A stretch of DNA of 63,599 bases, filler included, from Phoronis australis (lineage: Eukaryota > Animalia > Phoronida), in NCBI GenBank assembly GCA_002633005.1. It is 5 parts of 5 records of this genome, joined end to end, with 100 filler letters (N's around TTAATTAATTAA, not from the genome) between each part and the next. Parts side by side here need not be neighbours in the genome. Positions count along the whole stretch, not along the records: positions 1 to 21,184 come from NMRA01000594.1; positions 21,285 to 32,422 come from NMRA01001715.1; 3 more parts are not named here. One strand, 5' to 3'. Made by a program: the position numbers and the translations under genes. The notes beneath the pieces were generated by a model that was not told where the DNA came from, searched no databases, and saw only the letters and a program-made list of their open reading frames with translations. This document shows, piece after piece, positions 12,368 through 25,400 of the stretch (position 1 is its first letter; each line of letters starts with the position of its first letter).

Positions 12368-13329
12368 TTACCAGCAGATGCAACTTATGTTTTCCTAGAG
12401 TGAATCACAATTACTTTTTCTGCGGTTCGTCGTACTGGCGTCAGGGTGTTTTTTATTTTCAAGGCATTCCTTGTCGTGGCACATATTCCAAACCTGCATT
12501 TGTTTAAAATCTGTACTTATTCAAGAAGGGCAGAGTGCAGACCCGCCGCTGTCTTGCTGATGCCTGTTCTTATGAAGTGCGTTGTATGTTTTACAAGTTT
12601 TTATGATTAATTATTGTTTTGAACAGTGTTCTTTTCACTTGACAACAAATACCCAGAGGATTGAAGGAATAACTTCTGTATATTGAACACGATTTTAGAG
12701 CGAAACTTACGCCAAACTTCTATTCAATAACATTCAGGTTTTATGAAACCATGAAAAGTTTGAGACATATATTTGAGAAAACAGATAAAATTTGAGTCGA
12801 ACACTGGAACAAAAGATTACTAAAACTAGCGACGTTTGGGTCCGTATCTCACCAATTTCAGCTTGGCTTGTGACGTTACCATTATTCTGGCGAATAGGTG
12901 GCGTTTTGTCTAGACAGTGCGGCATTGAGTTCAGAACGGTATCTCATACGTGTGACAAAACTGAATATTAAACCACCTCGTTTCTTTAAAGAGAGACTAT
13001 CAACGCCCCAAAGTAGGGAGTATGCATGAGGTTTTCGGAACAATCTGTGCTTCGACCGCAAATTTGTTGTTAGCTCGCTAGAGCAGGACGAAACCCTGTT
13101 TTGTGCAAATTTATTGAGTTTTGTGTTTGATATGAACGGCTGAAGTGAAGCGCCCTTGGAATTCCTGTAAGAGAGTGCCATAACTTGTAATATTATATGT
13201 AGTCTATTGAGGACGCTCAGACGCTGATGACGCCTGTGTTTTGAAAGTCTTTTTCACAGTCTAGGATATATCGTGAAATCCTTAGTATTGAAATCATGTG
13301 CCCAGTTGCGCGCAGGTGGCTAAAAATAG

Positions 13330-14360
13330 CCGAATCCTACGTGTCCCCGTAACCAGCATGGCGATGTTGTGAAATACGCATTTTTATGGACGGTTTGTTT
13401 CAACAACGTAGCTCTCTGAGCACTGGGGATCCCTACGCTCAACGCAATAAAGAACACATGATTTAACACCCTTGGGGATCTTGTCATTGACATTAACCAG
13501 TTGGCTGTGGAGAGAATTAAACGGTTCTTGGATGATCGAAATGTCAAACTTGTCCTCTTGAGGCGGTTAGAAAGACGCTGGACAAAGGGAATCACCACAC
13601 GAGTTGTATGACTCGCAGTAGGTGTTAGCTGAGTGTTTAATCTTCTCTTTGATCTTTCCGCTTCGGTGAACGACCAAAGTCTATAACGGCATTTGGTAAG
13701 AGCGGCCTTAGTGTAATTCAGTTCCTTTAGAAATGGTCGAAGGATCGCAAATGATAGTTTTAGCTTTGCGTTTCAAAGTGCAAATCACATCCTGCTTTTG
13801 GATGAGAGGATGGTTCGAGTCAAATTGGAGATAGTGATCAGAGGGAGTACTCTCGCGGTAAACCTTAGTGTCAAAAGATCTGTCCTGTTTAATGGAGACT
13901 ACAGACAGTCCAGAATAGGTAGCTTGTCATCTTTGCAGGGTACATAAGTGAATTTGATGTTATGGTCAAACTCATTAATGAACTTGCCGAGAGCAGAGAG
14001 TTCATTCTTGTGAATAATAACAAACGTGTCGTCCACATTTCTCTAACACAATCTAGGGGGGTGGCCAGGGTACTGAGTAAGAATGAGCTGTTCGAAGACC
14101 TCCATGTGTAGGTTTTTTATATGGGAGATACCGGTGAGCCCTTTGCACATCCATACTATTAAATGTTCTGCAACTGGTTAAACACAAAATAAGTAGTTTT
14201 CAGACATAACGACAAAAGGTCACAGACTTGACCAGCTGACAGGGAACATGTTGAATCGAGGTCTGGATCTTTGGAGATTAAACCCCCAGCAATGGACGAA
14301 GAATCTTGAGGAGGAATGCTAGTAAACAGGGCACTAACATATAAACGACGTTATAATCTC
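13330..14360 (-). mobile_element. Penelope-like element relic (RT plus GIY-YIG endonuclease)
   Basis: Minus-strand fragments VSALFTSIP, VDDTFVI, KLPILDC, TKVYR, VIPFVQRLSNRLKR, and CVLYCVECRDPQC..SYV.ET.R...RISQH (GIY-YIG region). Confidence 0.8.
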
Positions 14361-15130
14361 ATGCGGTTTCAGAGCACAATACTTTAGTTAGTTCACAAAA
14401 ACTTGAGTGTTCACAACATGATTGGGGTGTTCCCCACAGGAGGGCCGAAATGCTGTTAACATGTTTAGCGATGTTGTAAGTTAAATAAGCAAGGTGGCTT
14501 AATATTTGATTTGTCACACGTGTGGGATGGCGTTTTGACGTCAATGCCGCGCGGTCTAGTCAAATCGCCACCTATTGAAATGAAAACTCAAATGTAAGCA
14601 TTATATTTATCATTTATTCAAGATGCAAATCTGAATTACGTGTAGTTAAAAAATCTGGTTCTAGATTATTCATATTAACTTAATTCTTTTGCAACCCCAA
14701 CCCGAACACATTGTGGCCACCCAGTAAAACGAAACGGGGTAATCTTGGGTTTTGCGAAAGTCAAATTGGACCTTTTGTGTGACGACATTTGAGCTAAAAA
14801 ATGTAAAAAAAGCTCGTGGCTCCCTTTTTCTCACAGCGTACTTCAAAGAAAACACGTTTAGCATCAATATAAATCTTAGAACAAATTCTACGATGTTACT
14901 TGTGTGACGGAGCCAAAATGCTCAAGTTACATGTACTCGTGAGTTATAAAAATGTTTGTTTACGCCGAAGTAAAAAATTAGCAAACCGAAAAATACATTT
15001 AAAGCTCATAATCTGGGAAACTGAAATTTTAAATCACTATAACTCTCTTTTTCAAGGCAATATTAATTTAGTTAGAGGTGGGCTCTCGCTAACCTATCTC
15101 AACTTCACATTTTTGAAGGAGCTGTTTTAG

Positions 15131-15131
15131 G

Positions 15132-15172
<41 letters not shown>

Positions 15173-15228
15173 CATACACACGCATACGCACACGCACACA
15201 CACACACATACACACACACACACACACA
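15131..15228. repeat. (GC)n(AC)n compound microsatellite
   Basis: Directly visible. Confidence 0.95.
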
Positions 15229-15549
15229 AACATCACCTAAGTGTATAAAATCAGCGATAAGTTAAAACTGTGCCAAACATTGTTAAGAGAGATTATTAAC
15301 TAAGGTGGTCATATGGTCACTGTAAATAAACACATTTTTCGAATAAGAGACCATACTGTTTTCAGTTGCCGACACTAATCAAAGAGAATTTTCTATATCA
15401 ATCGCGTGTCGATCTAATACAAACAACGAAAAGTAATGCACAGCTATCTTCTGAAGGTTTGGATTTTTGTTTGGACACACCTCAAGATAAGTCCTTATGA
15501 GCCTGAACCATCTAAATGTACTGTATATGCGAGTTATCAGTGTACTTAC

Positions 15550-15648
15550 TTCATCCTTTGCGCGTTCATCTAATCCATTACTTCGAAGCAAATCAACAAT
15601 ATCAATGTTTCCTCCCAAGGCAGCAAAATGCAGAACTGTTCTCTTCCC
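15550..15648 (-). CDS. Ankyrin-repeat exon: GKRTVLHFAALGGNIDIVDLLRSNGLDERAKDE
   Basis: 99 bp, phase 0-0, tag acceptor, gtaagt donor, ankyrin consensus. Confidence 0.9.
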
Positions 15649-16241
15649 CTATAAGAAGTATCTAATTCAATTTAAAACGTTCACATTCATGAATTCAACA
15701 AAACTGATTGCCGCATTTTTGTTGCATTACTAGGAAGTTTACGTGAGAGACCAAAACGCCATTCTAAAGCATCTGTTTTTTGAATGAGGCAGTGATTCTG
15801 TGGTTCTTCAGTAGGTGGCAGTTCTTCTCCTCAATCAAAATTCTGAAAGTTTATATATATAATGCCAATTTGCGGTGCTCCAAAGCTTAAATGTGTTACG
15901 GAGATCAGAGAACCACAGCTTATTTCAAAGACCTAAGTGACGTTTTTGCAAAGAAAAAACATTTAAAAATTACAAAATCTTTCAAAACAATGGGGCCTTA
16001 TGTCTAAACTCCAAATTATTTTTGACATCCTGGAGCACAGAGTTTGAATCAGAGTAGAAAGGAAATATGTCAAACAATGGAATTCCATACAAAATTTAGA
16101 ACCCGCGGCCGAAACGCATTCTATCTAAACATGCAATAAAAGAGCATGGCAATGTGTTCCTTTGTAAACTAGATATAACCCCGCGTCAAGCTCGGCGTCG
16201 CTGGAATAACATGCAAAACGAGAGGGGTAAAATATACTCAC

Positions 16242-16340
16242 TCTGTCCTGTGCGTGAACACTTGTTCCGTCAACCAACAGCAACTTGACAATATCAAGAT
16301 GACCTCCCAAGGATGCATAATGTAAAGGAGCTCTCTTAAA
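16242..16340 (-). CDS. Ankyrin-repeat exon: FKRAPLHYASLGGHLDIVKLLLVDGTSVHAQDR
   Basis: 99 bp, phase 0-0, ttttag acceptor, gtgagt donor; near-canonical ankyrin repeat (PLH..S..GHLDIVKLLL..G..V...D). Confidence 0.92.
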
Positions 16341-17392
16341 CTAAAAAGCAAATTGATACTACAGAAGGTGTTTCCCAAAAATTCATTATCGCAACAGATG
16401 TGAATGGGAAAATAAAGCTTCAACGTTTAATTTCAATTCTTAAAGTAGCCCTGTTTTTGAATGATATTTAATATCGAGTATGACCAGGTGCAGAAAATCC
16501 GGAACCGTGAAGGACACCCAGGGCGTCGAAATCAGATGCAATGTGGTAGTTGAAAGCATTTAAATAGTAACTGAATTCGTATAAATCCAATTTCACAACG
16601 AGACGGTCATGCAAAGACCGAGTTCTCAAAGTTCGTTTCCTTATTTTGGTACTTGGTGGAACAAACAACACTCTTCACTCCACACCTAGTTCTTTACTAC
16701 ATACTACAGAATGCCCTCAAAGTGATAAAATATTTGTAAACAATAATTCAGATCGAAGCTCCATAGCAATTAGTTGAAGTAGGGAAAAAGGTGTATCCCC
16801 GAGCTTGTCTGCATGTGTCATGGCTGCCATTGATCTGGGTTTATGTCTGCGGTGACGTTTAGCTTCATGGCATCCGCAAATGATTTGTTCAAGAGACGGG
16901 AAGTGTGCAACAAATGGCCTAAGCATCTTCTATCCCTGTTTACAGCCGTGTGAACATTTTCAGCATTAGAATACTTAAAATTTTCAGTCTATAAATATGG
17001 TGTCCTGGTAAATGATGTCAACAAACGTTTGAGACCTACTTCCTGAGGATCACAGTATTGTTTGAAGTGTTGAATTTGCTTCGCCCATGAGCCCCTGAAT
17101 GAACACAGAGGCAACTCCCTTTACCCTACTACGCTCTGTCAATGTCATTGAAAACGCCGGTTGAAGTTATCTTTTGATAACGACGGCAAAATTTGTTTTT
17201 GGGCCGAACAGCCTTGTTGAGGTTTTGCTAATGTTGATCTCAAAACTTCATGTGATATGCCTGTATATTGAAAGTGGGATTTAGCCAGCGCCTGAGACTA
17301 CGATGTTTTGTTATCATTGGATGCTGCTCAGAAGGTAATTATTAATGTGTGTCCACAACACCTAACTAATGTTTTCTTTTTAATATACTTAC

Positions 17393-17491
17393 GGAGTCCG
17401 CTTGACAAGCATCCGTTGTTTTCGTCAAAAATCGCTTTAACACTTCAGGATTACCTCCCAGCGCAGCATAATGCAAAAGGAAATCATTGTT
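17393..17491 (-). CDS. Ankyrin-repeat exon: NNDFLLHYAALGGNPEVLKRFLTKTTDACQADS
   Basis: 99 bp, phase 0-0, tacag acceptor, gtaagt donor; too short for the ORF track and found by manual translation. Confidence 0.88.
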
Positions 17492-17921
17492 CTGTAAAGA
17501 TACAACAGAGCATTTTCAAACTGACAATATAGGTGATGGTTCACTCAACATCAAAATTTAAATTGCGGTCGTTTTACATTAACCTCAGAGGTTAAAACCA
17601 AAAATTATTACAACCCTGGGATGGATAATTTCATTATTTTAGGTCACAAGGTGAGTTGCCAAAAATGGCAACGTACTAAACACGATAAGACTTTTTTGCT
17701 ATCTGCTATTAAAGTGTTAGTCAGCTCATAAGGTTCACGCATATGTCCAGCTGCATGGTTCCTTTGAAGATTGCGGTAGATTTTAAGATTTGCCAGCTGG
17801 TCGAGTTGCCCTAACTCGGGCGGTGAGTGCGTCAGCGTCAGATTAGTTAGAACTGCACAGTGAACAACACTGAAGTTCAACCGGCCAAATGGTAATCTTA
17901 CATGCAGGAATATTAACTTAC

Positions 17922-18020
17922 GGCGCCTGCCATGGGTGGGTGGGAGAATTTCTCCAAAAGAAGGTTCACAACCTCCAGATTGCCCCCCAGAGTTGCAAAA
18001 CGGAGAGCTCCTCTTATCCA
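17922..18020 (-). CDS. Ankyrin-repeat exon (first of the five visible): WIRGALRFATLGGNLEVVNLLLEKFSHPPMAGA
   Basis: 99 bp, phase 0-0, tttcag acceptor, gtaagt donor; contains GNLEVVNLLLE. Confidence 0.85.
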
Positions 18021-19699
18021 CTGAAAATTACGATGATTTATTGATATTATTAAAGATGGTGACATACTTAAACACACCCATGCACAAAACACACACATGA
18101 CATGAATCGCAAACAACGTTGAAAATAAATAGGAGCCATACATGCAATTCTGGTTACTTAGTCCTGAATCAAATTGCGATTCCAATTTAAAATGAACCAT
18201 CCTGTGCACTTCACTCGATATGCAGGACGTTCCGCCGCGGTGAACATTTGAGAGTACGTCAACTCCCCGCGAGCAAAAGTTCACTGTTAAACGTCTGGCG
18301 CAAGCACTCGAATACGCATACACATGTACGTGCACACACATGCCACTTCATAACAACCAGGAATTTTCAAAATCAATTGAATTCCTACGAAAGCGTGGAA
18401 GATGGTGCTGTTAAGATTAAAACGTTTTCAAGGGCGTAGATAATCCAAGGACTCGACACTTCGACCCACTCCCGGACGAATATCAATGTTTCAACTAGTG
18501 ATGGTTGGGCTGTACTTCAGTCATCCAAGGCAAATACATTTAAAAATCAAAAGCACTAACGTGTAAGATACATGAAACAAGAACAATGACCCTAAACACG
18601 AATACATGTATAAGGTTGCATACATATAATATCACAGTGGTACAAACACGTACGCTGTATAACCTATTTATCCTATGCGCCACACTGAGGATTATTTAAG
18701 AAGCACGTTTACAGATATTGCTCCGCTCGTTTTGGTGTCGTTTGTCATCTTTTATCAATGAGAATCGCAGACCACGTGACACATACACGTGCACGCAAAA
18801 TTTTTATGAATGATTTTTGCAGCCTGCATGACACGGCCGTCAAGATGTATTTTACAGCAGCTACAGGCTTTGGGCGGATATCTGCTATTTTCGGTATTTT
18901 CGTCAGAGTTTCAGCTAAATCTATTTCTAAGTTAAAGTTTGCTTACATTTCTGACGATTTTTCTTGACTTTGTTGAATGATATCTGTGCAGGACACCCAG
19001 ACGTTGTGGCTGATGCACGTTCAGACGCTTCTTACAAATGCTCTTTGCGCGCGACTCTCATCATTTTTAGGTAGAAAGTATTCCGAAATTGATCGTAAAA
19101 ATGACAAAAATACAGTGTTTACAGAAGTTGCAGCTTTGCTTTTGGGCTCGACGTATTTTGGTTGTTTTGAGAACGAATTTAAAAATAGACTCATGTTTGA
19201 CCGTAAAGAACCTCAATTGGTGCAGTGCAATAGGTAACCAAAAGGTGACATGCATTTATAAAGTATATTGCTTTCCTAATCCCAAGTATATTGTGGTATG
19301 TTGGAGACAATTTGTGATCAAAGTGTTCTGCTCAGGTGCAAAAATTTACGGTATATTAAAAAATATCGTCAGAGATATTTTCATTTCACTTTTTTGTTTA
19401 ATTTTCAGAACTCATATCATAGTATTTGCATGTGAAAATATTGCGCACGGGGCTGAACCATAGTGATGCTTTATATAAAATGATGGCTCTACCAATTGTA
19501 GTGTATTGTGTGATCAAAGGGCATATTTGCGAGAAAGAAGGCATCCGTATTCAACGCGCGTTGAATATCAAAAAGTAGTTCCTCTGTATCAATAATCACA
19601 ATACGACACGTATATCATGGTCATACTATCACGTGTATAGGATAAGGTTGCATACATAAGAGCGCAATTACACAAGGAATTGTCATGGGAACTCATGTA

Positions 19700-21000
19700 C
19701 TATAAAACGTTGTAAAATTTAATAAATTACGCGACAAGGTTCGATGAAACCCAGTATCTTGGGAATTTATGTTAAGAGTGTCAGTTTTTATTATTAAAGC
19801 TTCGAGTATTTTTAACCGAAAGAAGTCACGTTCCAAAAACCTGACGATGGTATTGTAAACAAAATCTGAACGAGAAATTTTCTGTTTGTGGAGTGTTTGA
19901 AAGTGATCTTTAATTGATTCATTTTGTAAATGCAAAGATAACCGGCTAGATAAAGTACAAGTTTTATAACAAACATACATTGAGTAATCAGTGTTTAAAC
20001 AAATGCATTCGTTGTGTGGGTAATTGAACTGATAAATCAAATCAGTTTTGGCTAGCAATCGGACAGACTTTGAGCACATATTGTTTTTAACAACAAAATC
20101 TTTAGTTTTACGATTTTGGTTATGTATAAATAACTTAAGGCTATCTTCTGGATTAACGGTCTTAACATTATCCTTTTCAAAACTCGTTCATCTTTAATAT
20201 GACGTGAATGGATTTGGTTGCGGTAGAATATTTTCTTGGTACAACCACTTGGTTTTTTTAAACAGACAGGCTTTTGCAAGCGGCTAAAAAATGAAAAGCT
20301 TCATTCAAACGTATTACTGTAACAGTTATTTATCATAATTTGCTTAATGCGATTACACTCAGTGTTGAAGGTTTTGCAGTCTGAGCAAGCCAAACATGCT
20401 CTTTTCAAAAAGTTTATCAAAACAGAGAGTTTATATCTCAGAGGACAGTGGCTAGTTTCATGTAAACGAAAACCATCATATGTCGGTTTCCTGTATACTG
20501 AGGTGTTAATGCCAGATTCACCATAATCAATAAGTACGTCCAGGAACGGTAGCTTGTTTTTAACTGATAATTCATGCGTGAATTTTAATACAGAATTTTG
20601 CTCTAAATCGAGTTTCATCACCATCAGCTTATCATGGTTGGCAATCATAAAAATATCACCAACATACCTGCAGTACACGTTCTGCTGTTCTTGAAGACTA
20701 TCAATAAGCCTAGTTTCAAGGTTGCAGATGTAACAGCCAGACAAAGTTGGTCCGAGGGGTGATCCCATGGATACACCATTGGTTTGTAAATACAGTTTGA
20801 CATCGATGTTTCTAAACGGTACTTTTGTAGTACAAAGTAACAGCAAATCTGGAATTACCTCTTTGAGAATACTGGGACGAGCCAGTGATACATGTCTATA
20901 CAAAAATATATCATAATTTCTACAGTTTCGACAACAGGTAAGTTAGTTAAAAAACTATCAACGTCAAGAGATGCAACATAGGAATTTGGTGTTGCGTCAA
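19700..21000 (-). mobile_element. Penelope-like element relic (RT plus end of GIY-YIG)
   Basis: SLDVDSF.TNLPV, LYLQTNGVSMGSPLGPTL, YCRYVGDIF, KLPFLDVLI, TSVYRKPT, and C-terminal LKILEALII...INSQ. Confidence 0.88.
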
Positions 21001-21124
21001 CACTTACACATTGCAATCTACTGTTTCAACTGCAAACTGTAGAAAGATTTTCATGTAGACACCACGAAAGTTTGTTGAACAAACTAACTAAAGCCAAGAA
21101 CAGCTTACTCTTCAATCAAACATA

Positions 21125-21125
<1 letters not shown>

Positions 21126-21184
<59 letters not shown>
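21126..21184. repeat. (TA)n microsatellite running into a gap
   Basis: Directly visible. Confidence 0.95.
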
Positions 21185-21284
21185 NNNNNNNNNNNNNNNN
21201 NNNNNNNNNNNNNNNNNNNNNNNNNNNNTTAATTAATTAANNNNNNNNNNNNNNNNNNNNNNNNNNNNNNNNNNNNNNNNNNNN
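21185..21284. other. Assembly gap of 100 nt with artificial TTAATTAATTAA linker
   Basis: N44-TTAATTAATTAA-N44; the same construct occurs at 32423-32522, 53411-53510 and 62007-62106. Confidence 0.95.
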
Positions 21285-21289
21285 GTAAG

Positions 21290-21560
21290 CAGCCCTGCAG
21301 CGATGTTGAGTAGTGGGAGTGAATACAGGCCCAGTTCGACACCCAGTGAAGAGGACAGTTCGTCGTCCAATGCACAGATCGGTGAGCCTAAGTTTGATAA
21401 GTTTATTGTGAACTTGTATTGGAGCTATTTAGAAGGTGCCAGGTGTGTGGCGAGGGAGTCACACGGCGGGATGTAAGCAGTTTGGGTGCCCAGATCACTC
21501 TCCAGTGGGAGTGAGTCGCGGGACACTCGGGCAAGTGGGACAGTTCTTCCTCTGTACGTG
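21290..21560 (+). mobile_element. Decayed transposase-like zinc-finger fragment (possibly Kolobok-type), copy 1
   Basis: Translates with one frameshift as EPKFDKFIV..VLELFRRCQVCGEGVTRRDVSSLGAQITLQWE*VAGHSGKWDSS; a homologous copy lies at 32608-32785. Confidence 0.45.
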
Positions 21561-21669
21561 AGACGATAATGAGTACACCCCAGTACGCAGCAACAGCGAG
21601 GCATGTTGACTGACTCGTAAGCAAAAGCGAACGACGACCGAACTTATCACAACCGACATGGACTCTCAA

Positions 21670-22040
21670 TAAAACATTGGAATGATCGAAGCGTTTGAAA
21701 TCTGGATTTTCAGAAGGATCGGAAGAATAAGCTGGACGCAGAAAGTGTCAAATGAAGACGTATGCAAACAGCTAGGTGTCAAACCATCTCTTTTGTCCAC
21801 CATCCAAAGTCGTAATTTGAACTTTTTGGGCACACGGCAAGACACGACAACACACAGAGAGACATACTATACGGTCACGTGGATGGGAAAAGAGCAAGAG
21901 GACGACAACGATTAATGTGGAGGGATGACATAAAGACATGGACAAGATCAACGATGACAGAATGCACCAGACTGGCGAACAACAGAGCGAGATCGAGATC
22001 CATTTCACGTCGACCTCAAAAGCGATGACACCCGATGACG
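21670..22040 (+). mobile_element. RTE-clade LINE, 3' fragment
   Basis: IEAFEIWIFRRIGRISWTQKVSNEDV, then frameshifted FFGH.AR...G..DGKRARGRQR..W.DDIK.W, typical of the RTE ORF2 C-terminus. Confidence 0.85.
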
Positions 22041-22499
22041 ATGGTGCTCATATCAGTGAAAACGCTTTGGAACATGTGACCCTTAAGTTCTATCACCACA
22101 CAGCTGAACCATGAGTGCAGGAGGCTGGTCAAGCTGGGCGGCGTAATATTTGTCCAAGCAGTGGAAAATCTGTGATCCTGAGGAGCCAAAGTTGTGGCAC
22201 GTGTAGGCCTTAAAGAGACACTGAGACCCTTGTGAACTATAATAATTTTCGTATCGGCAATCATTATTATGAGTTTGTGTGTTTTGTGTTTGTGTTTGAG
22301 AAGTAATATATATTATATCACTAACTAGTTCTGTTTTGTGTCTCACGAAATTGTTTGACACTAGACAAACTTGACAATGTAAAATAATCAATTACTTTTA
22401 ATGAAGTCAGCCAAGAAAGCGTTGAAATGCATTACATCTGGGTGTCAAAAAGGTACAAGGTTCATGATCGCTTTTGACAAAAACTTTAAAAAATACCCC

Positions 22500-25400
22500 C
22501 AGGGCCTCACGAGAGTAGGGGAGGATGAGCGACCCAACGGACAGACTCGGACGAAATTGACACAGGACCTAACACGGACAACGAGAAAGAACACGGTTAC
22601 AGCTCCAAGAGTGACACGTAGATCAAGTCTGAACTCAACAATGTCAACAACAGGGACGAGACAAGTAAGAAGCACTGTTAAACTGAACACAGAACCTACT
22701 CGTGAACAAAGGGCATCGAACAACCCAATGAGCTGTATGTATGGGAATGTTTGCAAGAACTATAGGGCGTAGAGGATTCACCAGGGTAAGATGGGCTGCC
22801 GCGCAGAGCCGACAATATCACAATGCACAGAGGAATCTGGTCAGACGGAGGAAGAAGTGGTTCAGGTTGCAAGCCACAGCGACCACAGCCTCCATGTGGC
22901 AGAGGAAGGCGACGGCGGGAGCAGAGAAGATGCAGCATCTGAAGGTAGAACAGCTGAAGTTGAGGAGAATAGAAGCCAAAAAGAGAGGAGGAGGAGAGTT
23001 AAATGGCCACCCAGCAACAGTAAAAGAGCGTGGCAAGAATTCGAAGAAGACGTGAGCAGCGTGACTAACACCACATTAGCAGGGGATGTTGTTAAGAGCC
23101 GAGAGGTCACGGCGGCGTCGGAAAGAAAGAGCTAGGAAACGGACACAATTTACAGCAAGTCCATACCAGTTTGTAGCAAAACTACTTGGGAAGAAGAACT
23201 CAGGCAGTTTGGAGTGTGAGAAAGAAGAAGTGGAGAAGTTTTTGAAGGAGACTTAGAGTGACAGCAAGAAGAACGAGGACCTCGGAGAATTTGCTTAATT
23301 GATTGCCCCCGGACGAACCGACTGTAGAATTCGACATGAGCCAACGAAGATTACATGAGGTTATGCAGATAATAAAGACGGCAAGATCAGCGTCAGCACC
23401 AGGACCAGACTTTGTGCCATATAAGGTGTACCACAGCTGTCCAAGATTAGCCAAAATTCTGTGGAAGCTGCTTAGAGTTGTGTGGAGAACAAGTAGTTTA
23501 GCTGAAAGTTTTCACCAAGCAGAAGAATGTTTTATTCCAAAGCAAGATAAGGCGAAAGGTCTGCATTAGTTCAGGATAATATATTTGCTGAATGTGGAAG
23601 GAAAGATTGGAGAGGAGAATGACAGAGTTCATGATGGCGAACAAGTGTATCGACATAGCAGTGCAGAAAGAAGGCATTCCAGGGGTCTCGGGATGTATAG
23701 AGTATACAAGTGTGGTTACCCAGATCATCAAGGAGGCTAAGGAAGGAAAAGGAATCTGGTTGTACTATGGCTCGGGCTATTTTGACAACATCAAGATGAG
23801 GTTCTCTGTGGGTAAACTGTGTTACAGCGTGGCAAAGATTGGAGGTTGGGGATAATAACAGGATGTACAGTGTCTGTGATACTGTTCGCAGCAGCGATAA
23901 ACCTACTTGTGAAATCAGTGGAGCGGGAGAGCAGGGGACCACTCATGGAGTCAGGGGTAAGACAACCACCGGCCAGAGCATTATGGATAACATGACTGTG
24001 ACAACCAAGACTTACAAAGAAGGGAGGTGGATACTGGAAGACCTAGAGAGGATAATTGTATGGGCGCGGATGAAGTTGAAGCCAGCAAAGTCAAGGAGTT
24101 TAGTGCTTAAGGACGGCAAGATGGCAAATGAGAGATTCAGGCTAGGCGACAACGTAATACCAACAGTGGAGGAAAAACTAGTGAAGGGCCTGGGAAAATG
24201 GTACTCTCAAAGATGTTGTCAGCGTGGCTGCCATCAAAAGCCAAGTAAATGACTGGATGACAGCAGTGAATAAGGGTGCATTGCCAGGCAAGTTTAAAGC
24301 ATGGATTTACCAGTATGGAGTGCTACCTAGGGCATCGTGGCCATTATTGGTGTACAATGTTCCAACATCAACAGCAGAGGCAGTGGAGTGTTTAGTGAGT
24401 TCCTTTCTACGTAGGTGGTTGGGTGTACCAAGGACTTTTAGCAGTGTAGGATGATACAGAACTGGGTCCAAGCTGCAGTTACCATCACATCGCTGGTGGA
24501 GGAGTTTAAAGTAGGGAAGGTGCGTCAAGTGTTATCTTTGAGGGACAGTGTCGACGAGAAAGTGCGAGGATCCAGAGTCAGGGTCGATGTAGGAAGAAAG
24601 TGGCTAGCACCACAAGTACTCAAGCAGGCAGAGGAAAGACTCAGGCACGATGATGTAGTAGGCATAGTTGCAGTGGGCAGACAAGGACTTGGTTTGTTTC
24701 CAAAGGCACGTTGGGGAGAAGGGAGTCCTAAGGAGAGACGTAGCATGGTATATCAGCAAGTGAGAAGCATGGAAGAAGAAACTAGAAGAGACAGAGCAGC
24801 AGAGGAGGCAGTAAGGCAGTTGGTTGAATTGGCAGGGAGTTAGACAGAGGAATTTGAAGTGGCAAGAGATCTGGATAAGTCAAGACCAGGTGCTGGCGGT
24901 GATCACGGAGAGCCTCGAGAGGGAATGCAAGTGCGATCGGAAAGTGCTGAAGGGGCCACAGTTTGTTTGTTAATTTTGTGCTGGCGGGTACTTCAACTCG
25001 GGGACTGACAGGAGTAGGAGGTGTACTGAACATGGCGAAGGACTGGGAAATGAACATCGACCTCTACCGAAGGATGACCTTCCCAAATGAGATAGCGGAG
25101 GCCAAACATCGTGATGTGGTCACCGGCAACGAAGGAGGTAATATTGCTGGAGCTGAGAGTGCCATGGGAAGAGCGGAGCACATGAAAGGAAGAAAGAGAA
25201 ATATCAACTGTTGTGAGAAGAATGCCGAATTAGGGGGTGGAGAGTATGGTACTGGCCAGTTGAAGTTGGATACTGGGGATTTGCTGCGCAGTCAGTATGG
25301 AGGGCATTACGTGAATTAGGGGTGATAAGAAAGGAAAGGAGGAAGGTCATCGGTGTTATAAGCGAGCGAGCGGAGAGGGCGTCGCAGTGGATATGGAAGA

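Noticed and set aside
13215-13265. CTGATGA...GAAA hammerhead-like boxes beside the Penelope relic
   Set aside because: Stems II and III do not pair convincingly and the strand is opposite to the element.
16717-16926. ORF containing DKLGDTPF, an ankyrin-like turn
   Set aside because: No 99-bp AG/GT exon and no helix consensus; likely chance.
21229-21240. TTAATTAATTAA palindromes (also 32467, 53455, 62051)
   Set aside because: Always centred in 100-nt N gaps; an artificial six-frame stop linker from scaffolding.
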